Shown one piece after another: positions 44,693 through 54,970 of a stretch of 64,000 bases of DNA. Source of the DNA: Escherichia coli (GTDB lineage: Bacteria > Pseudomonadota > Gammaproteobacteria > Enterobacterales > Enterobacteriaceae). The translations under genes and the position numbers were made by a program. Position 1 is the stretch's first letter. The number at the start of each line of letters is the position of its first letter. Location: the NCBI RefSeq assembly GCF_050920415.1, contig NZ_CP169309.1. One strand, 5' to 3'. The notes under the pieces are model-generated. The model worked only from the letters and a program-made list of their open reading frames with translations. It was not told the origin of the DNA and did not search any database.

Positions 44693-45869
44693 ATTGCAGA
44701 CCGCGCTCTTTCAGGCGTTCGATACCCTGAATCTGCAACGGGTAAAAACATTTAGCGTTCCACCGGTGACGCTTTGCGGTCCGGGCGCGGTGAGCAGTTG
44801 TGGGCAGCAAGCGCAAACGCGTGGGCTGAAACATCTGTTCGTGATGGCAGACAGCTTTTTGCATCAGGCGGGGATGACCGCCGGGCTGACGCGCAGTCTG
44901 GCAGTAAAAGGCATCGCCATGACGCTCTGGCCGTGTCCGGTGGGCGAACCGTGCATCACTGACGTGTGTGCAGCCGTGGCGCAGTTGCGTGAATCAGGCT
45001 GTGATGGGGTGATCGCGTTTGGCGGTGGCTCGGTGCTGGATGCGGCAAAAGCCGTGGCGTTGCTGGTAACGAATCCCGATAGCACGCTGGCAGAAATGTC
45101 AGAAACCAGCGTTCTGCAACCGCGCCTGCCGTTGATTGCCATTCCAACTACCGCCGGAACCGGCTCTGAAACCACCAATGTAACGGTGATTATCGACGCG
45201 GTGAGCGGGCGCAAGCAGGTGTTAGCACATGCCTCGTTGATGCCGGATGTGGCGATTCTCGACGCCGCGCTGACCGAAGGTGTGCCGTCGCATGTCACGG
45301 CAATGACCGGTATCGACGCGTTAACTCATGCTATTGAAGCGTACAGCGCGCTGAACGCTACACCGTTTACAGACAGCCTGGCGATTGGCGCAATTGCGAT
45401 GATTGGTAAATCACTGCCGAAAGCAGTGGGCTACGGTCATGACCTTGCCGCGCGCGAGAGTATGTTGCTCGCATCATGCATGGCGGGAATGGCATTTTCC
45501 AGTGCCGGACTTGGGTTATGTCACGCGATGGCGCATCAGCCGGGGGCGGCGCTGCATATTCCGCACGGACTGGCGAACGCCATGCTGCTGCCCACGGTGA
45601 TGGAGTTTAACCGGATGGTCTGTCGCGAACGGTTTAGTCAGATTGGTCGGGCGCTGCGAACTAAAAAATCCGACGATCGTGATGCTATTAACGCGGTAAG
45701 TGAGCTGATTGCGGAAGTCGGGATTGGTAAACGGCTGGGCGATGTTGGCGCGACATCTGCGCATTACGGTGCATGGGCGCAGGCTGCGCAGGACGATATT
45801 TGTCTGCGTAGCAACCCGCGTACTGCCAGCCTGGAGCAGATCGTCGGCCTGTACGCGGCGGCGCAATAA
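44682..45869 (+). CDS. eutG: Iron-containing alcohol dehydrogenase
   Basis: 395-aa ORF; Fe-ADH family. Confidence 0.9.
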   Translation: MQNELQTALFQAFDTLNLQRVKTFSVPPVTLCGPGAVSSCGQQAQTRGLKHLFVMADSFLHQAGMTAGLTRSLAVKGIAMTLWPCPVGEPCITDVCAAVAQLRESGCDGVIAFGGGSVLDAAKAVALLVTNPDSTLAEMSETSVLQPRLPLIAIPTTAGTGSETTNVTVIIDAVSGRKQVLAHASLMPDVAILDAALTEGVPSHVTAMTGIDALTHAIEAYSALNATPFTDSLAIGAIAMIGKSLPKAVGYGHDLAARESMLLASCMAGMAFSSAGLGLCHAMAHQPGAALHIPHGLANAMLLPTVMEFNRMVCRERFSQIGRALRTKKSDDRDAINAVSELIAEVGIGKRLGDVGATSAHYGAWAQAAQDDICLRSNPRTASLEQIVGLYAAAQ

Positions 45870-45870
45870 A

Positions 45871-46057
<187 letters not shown>

Positions 46058-46085
46058 AAATAACAACTAACAGGGAGTAAAGGCG

Positions 46086-47312
46086 ATGGGAATTAACGAA
46101 ATCATCATGTACATCATGATGTTCTTTATGCTGATAGCTGCCGTGGACAGGATCCTGTCGCAGTTCGGCGGTTCTGCTCGTTTCCTCGGTAAGTTCGGTA
46201 AAAGTATCGAAGGATCCGGCGGCCAGTTCGAAGAAGGCTTTATGGCAATGGGCGCACTGGGCCTGGCGATGGTCGGTATGACCGCACTGGCACCAGTTCT
46301 GGCCCACGTACTTGGGCCGGTGATTATCCCGGTTTACGAAATGCTCGGTGCTAACCCATCGATGTTCGCCGGAACACTGCTGGCGTGCGACATGGGCGGC
46401 TTCTTCCTCGCGAAAGAGCTGGCGGGCGGCGATGTGGCAGCGTGGCTATACTCTGGGTTAATTCTCGGATCGATGATGGGGCCAACGATTGTGTTTTCCA
46501 TTCCGGTGGCGCTCGGCATTATCGAACCTTCTGACCGTCGTTATCTGGCGCTCGGCGTGCTGGCGGGCATTGTGACCATTCCAATTGGCTGTATCGCTGG
46601 AGGTCTGGTAGCTATGTATTCCGGTGTGCAGATCAACGGGCAGCCGGTGGAATTCACCTTTGCGCTTATCCTGATGAATATGATCCCGGTACTTATCGTC
46701 GCGGTGCTGGTGGCGCTGGGGCTGAAATTCATCCCGGAAAAAATGATCAACGGCTTCCAGATCTTCGCCAAATTCCTCGTTGCATTGATCACCCTCGGTC
46801 TTGCCGCTGCGGTAGTGAAATTCCTCCTTGGCTGGGAACTGATCCCCGGTCTGGATCCGATCTTCATGGCTCCAGGCGACAAACCCGGTGAAGTGATGCG
46901 CGCCATTGAAGTTATCGGTTCTATCTCCTGCGTTCTGTTAGGGGCGTATCCGATGGTGCTGCTGCTGACACGCTGGTTTGAAAAACCGCTGATGAGCGTC
47001 GGTAAAGTGCTGAATATGAACAATATCGCGGCAGCCGGCATGGTGGCAACGCTTGCCAACAACATCCCGATGTTTGGCATGATGAAGCAGATGGATACCC
47101 GCGGCAAAGTCATCAACTGTGCCTTCGCCGTTTCCGCTGCTTTCGCCCTGGGTGACCACTTAGGCTTCGCCGCTGCCAACATGAACGCCATGATCTTCCC
47201 GATGATTGTCGGCAAGTTGATCGGCGGCGTAACGGCGATTGGCGTGGCGATGATGCTGGTGCCAAAAGAAGACGCGACCGCGGCTAAAACCGAAGCGGAG
47301 GCACAATCGTGA
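46086..47312 (+). CDS. eutH: Ethanolamine permease
   Basis: 408-aa polytopic membrane ORF. Confidence 0.9.
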   Translation: MGINEIIMYIMMFFMLIAAVDRILSQFGGSARFLGKFGKSIEGSGGQFEEGFMAMGALGLAMVGMTALAPVLAHVLGPVIIPVYEMLGANPSMFAGTLLACDMGGFFLAKELAGGDVAAWLYSGLILGSMMGPTIVFSIPVALGIIEPSDRRYLALGVLAGIVTIPIGCIAGGLVAMYSGVQINGQPVEFTFALILMNMIPVLIVAVLVALGLKFIPEKMINGFQIFAKFLVALITLGLAAAVVKFLLGWELIPGLDPIFMAPGDKPGEVMRAIEVIGSISCVLLGAYPMVLLLTRWFEKPLMSVGKVLNMNNIAAAGMVATLANNIPMFGMMKQMDTRGKVINCAFAVSAAFALGDHLGFAAANMNAMIFPMIVGKLIGGVTAIGVAMMLVPKEDATAAKTEAEAQS

Positions 47313-48712
47313 ACACTCGCCAGCTACTGAGCGTCGGTATCGATATCGGCACTACCACCACCCAGGTGATCTTCTCCCACCTGGAGCTGGTTAACCGTGC
47401 GGCGGTGTCGCAGGTGCCGCGCTACGAATTCATCAAACGCGAAATTAGCTGGCAAAGCCCGGTGTTCTTTACCCCTGTCGATAAACAGGGCGGTTTAAAA
47501 GAAGAGGAACTGAAATCCTTAATCCTCGAGCAATATCAGGCTGCGGGCATTGCGCCGGAAAGTGTGGATTCCGGTGCCATCATCATCACCGGCGAAAGCG
47601 CGAAAACCCGCAATGCTCGCCCGGCGGTGATGACGCTCTCTCAGTCGCTGGGCGATTTTGTCGTTGCCAGCGCTGGGCCGCATCTCGAATCCGTGATCGC
47701 CGGTCACGGTGCCGGGGCGCAAACCCTTTCTGAACAACGGTTATGTCGGGTACTGAATATCGACATCGGCGGTGGCACCGCGAACTACGCTTTGTTCGAT
47801 GCCGGAAAAATCAGCGGCACTGCCTGCCTTAACGTCGGCGGCCGCCTGCTGGAAACCGACAGCCAGGGACGCGTGGTTTACGCTCATATACCGGGGCAGA
47901 TGATTGTGGATGAGTGCTTCGGTGCAGGCACTGACGCCTGTTCACTGACCGGCGCGCAGCTGGTGCAGGTTACCCGGCGGATGGCGGAACTGATTGTCGA
48001 AGTGATTGACGGAACGCTCTCGCCGCTCGCGCAGGCATTGATGCAAACCGGTTTGCTGCCCGCAGGTGTTACGCCCGAAATCATTACGCTTTCTGGCGGC
48101 GTGGGCGAATGTTATCGCCACCAGCCCGCTGACCCGTTCTGTTTTGCCGATATTGGCCCGCTTCTGGCAACGGCGCTGCATGAGCATCCTCGTCTGCGTG
48201 AGATGAACGTGCAGTTTCCAGCGCAAACCGTGCGCGCCACGGTGATTGGCGCAGGCGCACATACCCTTTCGCTCTCTGGCAGCACAATCTGGCTGGAGGG
48301 GGTACAACTGCCGCTGCGCAATTTGCCGGTGGCGATCCCAATTGATGAAACGGATCTGGTGAGTGCCTGGCAACAAGCGCTAATTCAACTGGATCTTTGC
48401 CCCAAAACTGACGCGTACGTGCTGGCGCTTCCCGCCTCGCTGCCTGTGCGTTACGCCGCGGTACTGACGGTCATCAACGCGCTGGTCGATTTCGTCGCGC
48501 GTTTTCCGAATCCGCATCCCCTGCTGGTGGTGGCCGGGCAGGACTTTGGTAAAGCTCTGGGCATGTTGTTGCGTCCACAGCTACAACAACTCCCGTTGGC
48601 AGTCATTGACGAAGTGATTGTCCGCGCGGGGGACTATATCGACATTGGTACGCCTCTTTTTGGCGGATCGGTTGTGCCGGTGACGGTGAAATCACTCGCA
48701 TTTCCTTCCTGA
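47309..48712 (+). CDS. eutA: Ethanolamine ammonia-lyase reactivase
   Basis: 467-aa ORF; 4-nt overlap with eutH. Confidence 0.9.
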   Translation: MNTRQLLSVGIDIGTTTTQVIFSHLELVNRAAVSQVPRYEFIKREISWQSPVFFTPVDKQGGLKEEELKSLILEQYQAAGIAPESVDSGAIIITGESAKTRNARPAVMTLSQSLGDFVVASAGPHLESVIAGHGAGAQTLSEQRLCRVLNIDIGGGTANYALFDAGKISGTACLNVGGRLLETDSQGRVVYAHIPGQMIVDECFGAGTDACSLTGAQLVQVTRRMAELIVEVIDGTLSPLAQALMQTGLLPAGVTPEIITLSGGVGECYRHQPADPFCFADIGPLLATALHEHPRLREMNVQFPAQTVRATVIGAGAHTLSLSGSTIWLEGVQLPLRNLPVAIPIDETDLVSAWQQALIQLDLCPKTDAYVLALPASLPVRYAAVLTVINALVDFVARFPNPHPLLVVAGQDFGKALGMLLRPQLQQLPLAVIDEVIVRAGDYIDIGTPLFGGSVVPVTVKSLAFPS

Positions 48713-48723
48713 GGGAACGACTT

Positions 48724-50085
48724 ATGAAACTAAAGACCACATTGTTCGGCAATGTATATCAGTTTAAGGATGTAAAAGAGGTGCTGGCTAAAGCCAACGA
48801 ACTGCGTTCGGGGGATGTGCTGGCGGGCGTTGCAGCGGCAAGCTCACAGGAGCGCGTGGCGGCAAAGCAGGTGTTGTCGGAAATGACCGTAGCGGACATC
48901 CGCAATAATCCGGTGATTGCCTATGAAGATGACTGCGTTACGCGGTTGATTCAGGACGACGTTAACGAAACGGCATACAACCAGATTAAAAACTGGAGCA
49001 TCAGCGAACTGCGTGAGTATGTGCTGAGTGATGAAACCAGCGTTGACGACATTGCTTTTACCCGCAAAGGGCTGACCTCGGAAGTGGTCGCGGCGGTAGC
49101 GAAGATTTGCTCTAACGCGGACCTGATCTACGGCGCGAAGAAAATGCCGGTAATCAAAAAGGCCAATACAACTATTGGTATTCCGGGCACCTTCAGCGCC
49201 CGTTTGCAGCCAAACGATACCCGCGACGACGTGCAAAGTATCGCCGCGCAAATCTACGAAGGGCTTTCTTTCGGGGTGGGCGATGCGGTGATCGGCGTTA
49301 ACCCGGTGACTGACGACGTGGAAAACTTAAGCCGCGTGCTGGATACCATCTATGGCGTGATCGACAAATTCAACATTCCGACCCAGGGCTGCGTGCTGGC
49401 GCACGTTACTACCCAGATTGAAGCGATCCGTCGCGGCGCGCCGGGCGGGCTGATTTTCCAGAGCATCTGCGGCAGCGAAAAAGGGCTGAAAGAATTTGGC
49501 GTGGAGCTGGCGATGCTCGATGAAGCACGCGCAGTGGGCGCAGAGTTTAACCGTATCGCCGGGGAAAACTGCCTCTACTTCGAAACCGGGCAGGGTTCTG
49601 CGCTATCGGCGGGCGCTAACTTCGGTGCAGATCAGGTAACGATGGAAGCGCGTAACTACGGGCTGGCACGTCATTACGATCCGTTTATCGTCAACACCGT
49701 AGTGGGCTTTATTGGGCCAGAGTATCTCTACAACGACCGGCAGATTATCCGTGCGGGCTTAGAAGATCACTTTATGGGCAAACTGAGCGGCATTTCTATG
49801 GGCTGTGACTGCTGCTACACCAACCACGCTGACGCTGACCAGAACCTCAACGAAAACCTGATGATCCTGCTCGCCACCGCAGGCTGTAACTACATCATGG
49901 GGATGCCGCTGGGTGATGACATCATGCTCAACTACCAGACTACGGCCTTCCACGACACCGCCACTGTGCGTCAGTTACTCAACCTGCGCCCGTCACCGGA
50001 GTTTGAACGCTGGCTGGAAAGCATGGGCATTATGGCAAACGGTCGCCTGACCAAACGGGCGGGCGATCCGTCACTGTTCTTCTGA
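48724..50085 (+). CDS. eutB: Ethanolamine ammonia-lyase large subunit
   Basis: 453-aa ORF starting MKLKTTLFGNVYQFKDVKEVLAKANE; only 11 bp after eutA. Confidence 0.95.
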   Translation: MKLKTTLFGNVYQFKDVKEVLAKANELRSGDVLAGVAAASSQERVAAKQVLSEMTVADIRNNPVIAYEDDCVTRLIQDDVNETAYNQIKNWSISELREYVLSDETSVDDIAFTRKGLTSEVVAAVAKICSNADLIYGAKKMPVIKKANTTIGIPGTFSARLQPNDTRDDVQSIAAQIYEGLSFGVGDAVIGVNPVTDDVENLSRVLDTIYGVIDKFNIPTQGCVLAHVTTQIEAIRRGAPGGLIFQSICGSEKGLKEFGVELAMLDEARAVGAEFNRIAGENCLYFETGQGSALSAGANFGADQVTMEARNYGLARHYDPFIVNTVVGFIGPEYLYNDRQIIRAGLEDHFMGKLSGISMGCDCCYTNHADADQNLNENLMILLATAGCNYIMGMPLGDDIMLNYQTTAFHDTATVRQLLNLRPSPEFERWLESMGIMANGRLTKRAGDPSLFF

Positions 50086-50105
50086 TGACGCGGAGATAAC
50101 ACATC

Positions 50106-50993
50106 ATGGATCAAAAACAGATTGAAGAAATTGTACGCAGCGTGATGGCGTCAATGGGACAAGCGGCCCCCGCGCCGTCAGAAGCAAAATGCGCCACTAC
50201 CACCTGTGCAGCACCGGTGACCTCGGAAAGCTGCGCGCTGGATTTAGGTTCCGCAGAAGCAAAAGCGTGGATTGGCGTTGAAAACCCGCATCGCGCAGAC
50301 GTATTAACAGAACTGCGCCGCAGCACCGTGGCTCGCGTCTGTACCGGTCGTGCCGGTCCGCGTCCGCGTACCCAGGCGTTGCTGCGTTTCCTGGCCGATC
50401 ACTCTCGTTCGAAAGACACCGTACTGAAAGAAGTGCCGGAGGAGTGGGTGAAAGCGCAGGGCTTGCTGGAAGTCCGCTCTGAAATTAGCGACAAAAATCT
50501 CTATCTGACTCGCCCGGATATGGGCCGCCGCTTGTGTGCAGAGGCTGTTGAAGCGCTGAAAGCGCAGTGTGTTGCCAATCCGGACGTACAGGTGGTTATT
50601 TCCGATGGTCTATCTACTGATGCGATCACCGTGAACTATGAAGAGATTCTGCCACCGCTGATGGCGGGCCTGAAACAGGCCGGGTTGAAAGTCGGCACAC
50701 CGTTCTTTGTGCGTTACGGTCGCGTGAAGATTGAAGATCAGATTGGCGAACTTCTTGGCGCGAAAGTGGTGATCCTGCTGGTGGGTGAACGTCCGGGGTT
50801 GGGGCAGTCAGAAAGTCTCTCCTGCTACGCCGTTTACTTGCCGCGTATGGCAACCACCGTTGAGGCCGACCGTACCTGTATCTCTAACATTCACCAGGGC
50901 GGCACGCCGCCGGTTGAAGCCGCAGCCGTCATTGTGGATTTGGCGAAACGTATGCTGGAGCAGAAAGCATCCGGCATCAACATGACCCGATAA
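50106..50993 (+). CDS. eutC: Ethanolamine ammonia-lyase small subunit
   Basis: 295-aa ORF. Confidence 0.95.
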   Translation: MDQKQIEEIVRSVMASMGQAAPAPSEAKCATTTCAAPVTSESCALDLGSAEAKAWIGVENPHRADVLTELRRSTVARVCTGRAGPRPRTQALLRFLADHSRSKDTVLKEVPEEWVKAQGLLEVRSEISDKNLYLTRPDMGRRLCAEAVEALKAQCVANPDVQVVISDGLSTDAITVNYEEILPPLMAGLKQAGLKVGTPFFVRYGRVKIEDQIGELLGAKVVILLVGERPGLGQSESLSCYAVYLPRMATTVEADRTCISNIHQGGTPPVEAAAVIVDLAKRMLEQKASGINMTR

Positions 50994-51002
50994 GGAGGCA
51001 TC

Positions 51003-51662
51003 ATGCCAGCTTTAGATTTGATTCGACCGTCGGTAACCGCCATGCGGGTGATTGCCTCTGTTAACGCCGAATTTGCGCGTGAACTGAAATTGCCGCCGCA
51101 TATTCGTAGCCTCGGGCTGATTTCTGCTGATTCCGATGACGTCACCTACATTGCGGCTGACGAAGCGACCAAGCAGGCGATGGTTGAAGTCGTGTATGGT
51201 CGCTCGCTGTATGCGGGAGCTGCACACGGGCCGTCACCGACTGCCGGTGAAGTGCTGATTATGCTCGGGGGGCCAAACCCGGCGGAAGTGCGTGCCGGTC
51301 TGGATGCGATGGTTGCGCATATTGAAAATGGCGCTGCTTTCCAGTGGGCTAATGATGCAGAAAACACAGCCTTCCTGGCGCATGTCGTTTCGCGTACCGG
51401 CTCTTATCTCTCATCAACCGCCGGGATCACGCTTGGCGATCCGCTGGCGTATCTGGTGGCACCGCCGCTGGAAGCGACCTACGGCATTGATGCAGCGTTG
51501 AAATCTGCCGACGTGCAGCTGGTGACCTATGTCCCGCCACCGTCTGAAACCAACTACTCGGCAGCATTTTTAACCGGTAGCCAGGCCGCGTGTAAAGCAG
51601 CCTGTAACGCCTTTACCGATGCAGTGCTGGAAATCGCGCGTAATCCAATCCAGCGTGCGTAA
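51003..51662 (+). CDS. eutL: Microcompartment shell protein (tandem BMC)
   Basis: 219-aa ORF. Confidence 0.9.
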   Translation: MPALDLIRPSVTAMRVIASVNAEFARELKLPPHIRSLGLISADSDDVTYIAADEATKQAMVEVVYGRSLYAGAAHGPSPTAGEVLIMLGGPNPAEVRAGLDAMVAHIENGAAFQWANDAENTAFLAHVVSRTGSYLSSTAGITLGDPLAYLVAPPLEATYGIDAALKSADVQLVTYVPPPSETNYSAAFLTGSQAACKAACNAFTDAVLEIARNPIQRA

Positions 51663-51674
51663 CGGAGGTTGCCG

Positions 51675-52175
51675 ATGATCAATGCACTGGGATTGCTGGA
51701 AGTGGACGGCATGGTCGCCGCGATAGATGCAGCTGATGCCATGCTCAAAGCAGCTAACGTTCGTCTGCTCAGTCACGAAGTGCTTGACCCTGGTCGCCTA
51801 ACGCTGGTGGTGGAAGGCGATCTGGCGGCGTGTCGTGCGGCGCTGGACGCAGGTTGTGCTGCCGCGATGCGTACCGGGCGTGTCATCAGCCGTAAGGAGA
51901 TCGGTCGGCCAGACGATGACACCCAGTGGCTGGTTACTGGCTTTAACCGCCAACCGAAGCAACCCGTAAAGGAACCCGACGCGCCAGTTATCGTCGCGGA
52001 ATCTGCTGACGAGTTGTTGGCGCTGTTAACATCAGTACGTCAGGGAATGACGGCAGGAGAAGTGGCTGCCCACTTTGGCTGGCCGCTGGAAAAAGCCAGA
52101 AATGCGCTCGAACAGCTCTTTTCTGCCGGGACGTTACGTAAACGCAGTAGTCGTTATCGTCTCAAGCCCCATTAA
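51675..52175 (+). CDS. eutK: Microcompartment shell protein
   Basis: Starts MINALGLLEVDGMVAAIDAADAMLKAA (BMC domain); 166 aa. Confidence 0.9.
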   Translation: MINALGLLEVDGMVAAIDAADAMLKAANVRLLSHEVLDPGRLTLVVEGDLAACRAALDAGCAAAMRTGRVISRKEIGRPDDDTQWLVTGFNRQPKQPVKEPDAPVIVAESADELLALLTSVRQGMTAGEVAAHFGWPLEKARNALEQLFSAGTLRKRSSRYRLKPH

Positions 52176-52220
52176 CCTGTCGGAGGTGCCGGGTGTCCTA
52201 CAACACCCGGCATTAACATC

Positions 52221-53273
52221 ATGAAAAAGACCCGTACAGCCAATTTGCACCATCTTTATCATGAACCCTTACCCGAAAACCTGAAGCTCACGCCGAAGGT
52301 CGAAGTGGATAATGTTCATCAACGACAGACAACGGATGTCTATGAACATGCTTTGACGATTACCGCCTGGCAGCAGATTTACGATCAGCTGCATCCGGGC
52401 AAGTTTCATGGTGAATTTACGGAAATTCTACTCGATGATATTCAGGTTTTTCGTGAATACACCGGTCTGGCGCTGCGTCAGTCGTGCCTGGTCTGGCCGA
52501 ACTCGTTCTGGTTTGGCATTCCGGCGACGCGCGGTGAGCAGGGATTTATCGGTTCGCAATGTCTGGGAAGCGCAGAAATTGCGACACGCCCTGGAGGAAC
52601 CGAGTTTGAATTAAGTACGCCGGACGATTACACGATCCTTGGCGTGGTGCTTTCTGAAGATGTCATCACCCGTCAGGCTAACTTTTTGCATAACCCGGAA
52701 AGGGTGCTGCATATGTTACGTAACCAGTCGGCGCTGGAAGTGAAAGAGCAGCATAAAGCCGCGCTGTGGGGCTTTGTCCAACAGGCTCTGGCGACATTTT
52801 GCGAGAACCCGGAAAATCTCCATCAGCCTGCAGTGCGAAAAGTGCTGGGGGATAATTTGCTAATGGCGATGGGGGCGATGCTGGAAGAAGCGCAGCCAAT
52901 GGTGACGGCGGAAAGTATCAGCCACCAGAGTTACCGTCGCTTGTTGACCCGCGCGCGTGAATATGTGCTGGAGAATATGTCCGAACCGGTAACCGTGCTG
53001 GATTTGTGCAATCAACTGCATGTCAGCCGCCGCACGCTACAAAACGCGTTTCACGCTCTTTTAGGCATTGGCCCAAACGCGTGGCTGAAACGCATTCGCC
53101 TGAACGCCGTGCGCCGCGAACTGATAAGCCCGTGGTCGCAAAGTACAACGGTCAAAGATGCCGCCATGCAGTGGGGATTCTGGCATCTGGGGCAATTCGC
53201 CACGGATTACCAGCAACTGTTTGCCGAGAAGCCGTCTCTGACGCTACATCAGCGGATGCAGGAACTGGAGTGA
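52221..53273 (+). CDS. eutR: AraC-family transcriptional activator of eut operon
   Basis: 350-aa ORF with C-terminal AraC-type HTH. Confidence 0.9.
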   Translation: MKKTRTANLHHLYHEPLPENLKLTPKVEVDNVHQRQTTDVYEHALTITAWQQIYDQLHPGKFHGEFTEILLDDIQVFREYTGLALRQSCLVWPNSFWFGIPATRGEQGFIGSQCLGSAEIATRPGGTEFELSTPDDYTILGVVLSEDVITRQANFLHNPERVLHMLRNQSALEVKEQHKAALWGFVQQALATFCENPENLHQPAVRKVLGDNLLMAMGAMLEEAQPMVTAESISHQSYRRLLTRAREYVLENMSEPVTVLDLCNQLHVSRRTLQNAFHALLGIGPNAWLKRIRLNAVRRELISPWSQSTTVKDAAMQWGFWHLGQFATDYQQLFAEKPSLTLHQRMQELE

Positions 53274-53349
53274 GGGTGAGGGCCGGATGAGGATGGTGTT
53301 TGATCCGGTCCATAGTGAAGTTACAAATTACGTTGAATTGCTATGTATT

Positions 53350-53667
53350 TTATTGCCCAACGGGATAGGCGATAAACAAACCGACAATTGTCAGAATACA
53401 CGCCAGCAGGAATACCAACATACAATTTACGCGCTTTCGCGAAATTTTAAATAAATAGCAAAATAGTGTTGTTACCACGATCACTACCGGGATAGTCATA
53501 AAATTAATAACGATGAGTGCTATCAATCCAAAACTTGCTCCTCCACCGTGGGGAATAAAAATGTGTTCTTCAAAATAAACTTCTATAGCAAATGCCAGCA
53601 CACATCCCAGAAAACTCATATCCAGATGAGGGTGCCATTTACTTTCTTTATTTGATGTGTCTGACAT
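53350..53667 (-). CDS. Hypothetical small membrane protein (3 predicted TM helices), accessory
   Basis: 105-aa ORF in markedly AT-rich DNA; GGGAG SD ~9 nt upstream of ATG; hydrophobic segments; no K-12 counterpart at this position that I recognise. Confidence 0.6.
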   Translation of the reverse strand: MSDTSNKESKWHPHLDMSFLGCVLAFAIEVYFEEHIFIPHGGGASFGLIALIVINFMTIPVVIVVTTLFCYLFKISRKRVNCMLVFLLACILTIVGLFIAYPVGQ

Positions 53668-53707
53668 TCTTAAATGCTCCCGTGAGCAAACTGGCGCAAA
53701 ATAATTT

Positions 53708-54970
53708 CTAAGATTGCTGATAAGACGTCGCTGTTGTCCGGCACTCCGGGCAGATAAACGCGTAAATTATCCCTTCGCCATATTGTTCAATATCGGCATA
53801 ATCCAGTTGCGCAAGAAACATCATTGTGTGGGAACATTGCGGACAGAGAGGATATTCCGCGTCCTGAATCCAGGTTGGATGCCCGCCAAGTTGCGAGAAA
53901 GAGACAGGTAAAAATGGGTCTGCGGCAAATAACGGTGACCTAAGGTTTCCCTGTCTCATGCTGTTTACAGGGAGTCGACGCCATTCCGATACATCATCCG
54001 GCAGCCAGGCAGGCGGGATATTTTTTGCAGACAAATGAGCGTTACCCTTTGAGTCCATGTAGCCGAAAATGGTGCTGTAGGCGGTGCAACATTCGCAAGT
54101 CACGACGCGAAAACTGCCGTTATCGCTAAGACCCGTTGCCTTCAGGTCAACGTCGAAAAGATTTGTTAGGGGCAATGCGCACTTTGGACAGGTATCGCTG
54201 CGTTCATCAACAACACGCAAAGCTTCGCAAGACCCGGTGCTTTTCATCTCCAGATGAAAACATTGAGGAAAATAGAGATTACGCCTTTGATCTTCAGCGG
54301 TTAACTCCCAACCGGCCTCATGCGCATATTCTTCTGGCGCGATGTAAAGTGAACTGCGCCACAGCGGCGGGTTATTGCGCCAGTAGGCAAAACGTTCAAC
54401 AACAACGTCATCCCCAATCCATGCCAGACATTGCAGAATACAATTTCTGTTTTCTGCATCATCCTCAACCCGTTCTAACAGCGTATCGCGAACATCCGCT
54501 GGGGCGCGGTGGAAAGGCAGAGGAGAATAAGCGTCTAAATCATCATAAGAGATCCACTCTCGTAAATATGCATCCAGATTTGCCTGGGTAAACGCCGCCA
54601 GACAAAGACAAATCTCCTGAGCGTGTTCATATTCACCAGACGCAAAGCGTTCTGTGGCGTAATCAGCCATTTGCTGCGCTTGCTCGGCGGTCAACTGTTG
54701 ATACAGGGCATCGGTGGGAACGGGGCAGGGAGTCCAGTCGATTAACGCATCGAATTTCCGCGGTTGGTGAATTAATTTAAGCATGGCAACCGGATCGCTT
54801 AACCCAGCAAACGCATTCACGATCTTTTTGTTTTTCTTGATATATTCGTCGTGCTCACGCTGCTGTTGGGCCTGCTCGCAGGGCATGCAGTATCCGTTAG
54901 TACGCGCTGCGGTTTCCGGAAGAATGGTTGATGTACAAGCGGGGCTTTTACAGGGAATACGGTGAGTCAT
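53708..54970 (-). CDS. Hypothetical cytoplasmic protein with CxxC zinc-ribbon-like motifs and C-terminal DUF1963 (YwqG-like)-type region, accessory
   Basis: 420-aa ORF with AAGGAG SD 8 nt upstream; C-terminus LGGHPTWIQDAEYPLCPQC...MMFLAQLD...GEGIIYAFICPEC resembles the DUF1963 signature as I recall it; additional CxxC pairs at the N-terminus and mid-protein; absent from K-12 at this position. Confidence 0.7.
   Translation of the reverse strand: MTHRIPCKSPACTSTILPETAARTNGYCMPCEQAQQQREHDEYIKKNKKIVNAFAGLSDPVAMLKLIHQPRKFDALIDWTPCPVPTDALYQQLTAEQAQQMADYATERFASGEYEHAQEICLCLAAFTQANLDAYLREWISYDDLDAYSPLPFHRAPADVRDTLLERVEDDAENRNCILQCLAWIGDDVVVERFAYWRNNPPLWRSSLYIAPEEYAHEAGWELTAEDQRRNLYFPQCFHLEMKSTGSCEALRVVDERSDTCPKCALPLTNLFDVDLKATGLSDNGSFRVVTCECCTAYSTIFGYMDSKGNAHLSAKNIPPAWLPDDVSEWRRLPVNSMRQGNLRSPLFAADPFLPVSFSQLGGHPTWIQDAEYPLCPQCSHTMMFLAQLDYADIEQYGEGIIYAFICPECRTTATSYQQS

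Noticed and set aside
46541-47215. 224-aa minus-strand ORF
   Set aside because: Antisense to eutH; shadow ORF.
47309-50085. Expected prophage (CPZ-55) or integrase at the eutA-eutB junction
   Set aside because: No phage-like ORFs or att repeats are present; the genes are contiguous.
53274-53349. Weak hairpin (CCGGAT...ATCCGG) after eutR as possible att site or terminator
   Set aside because: 6-bp stem with a 14-nt loop and no T-run; too weak to call and no matching direct repeat at the other end of the cassette.
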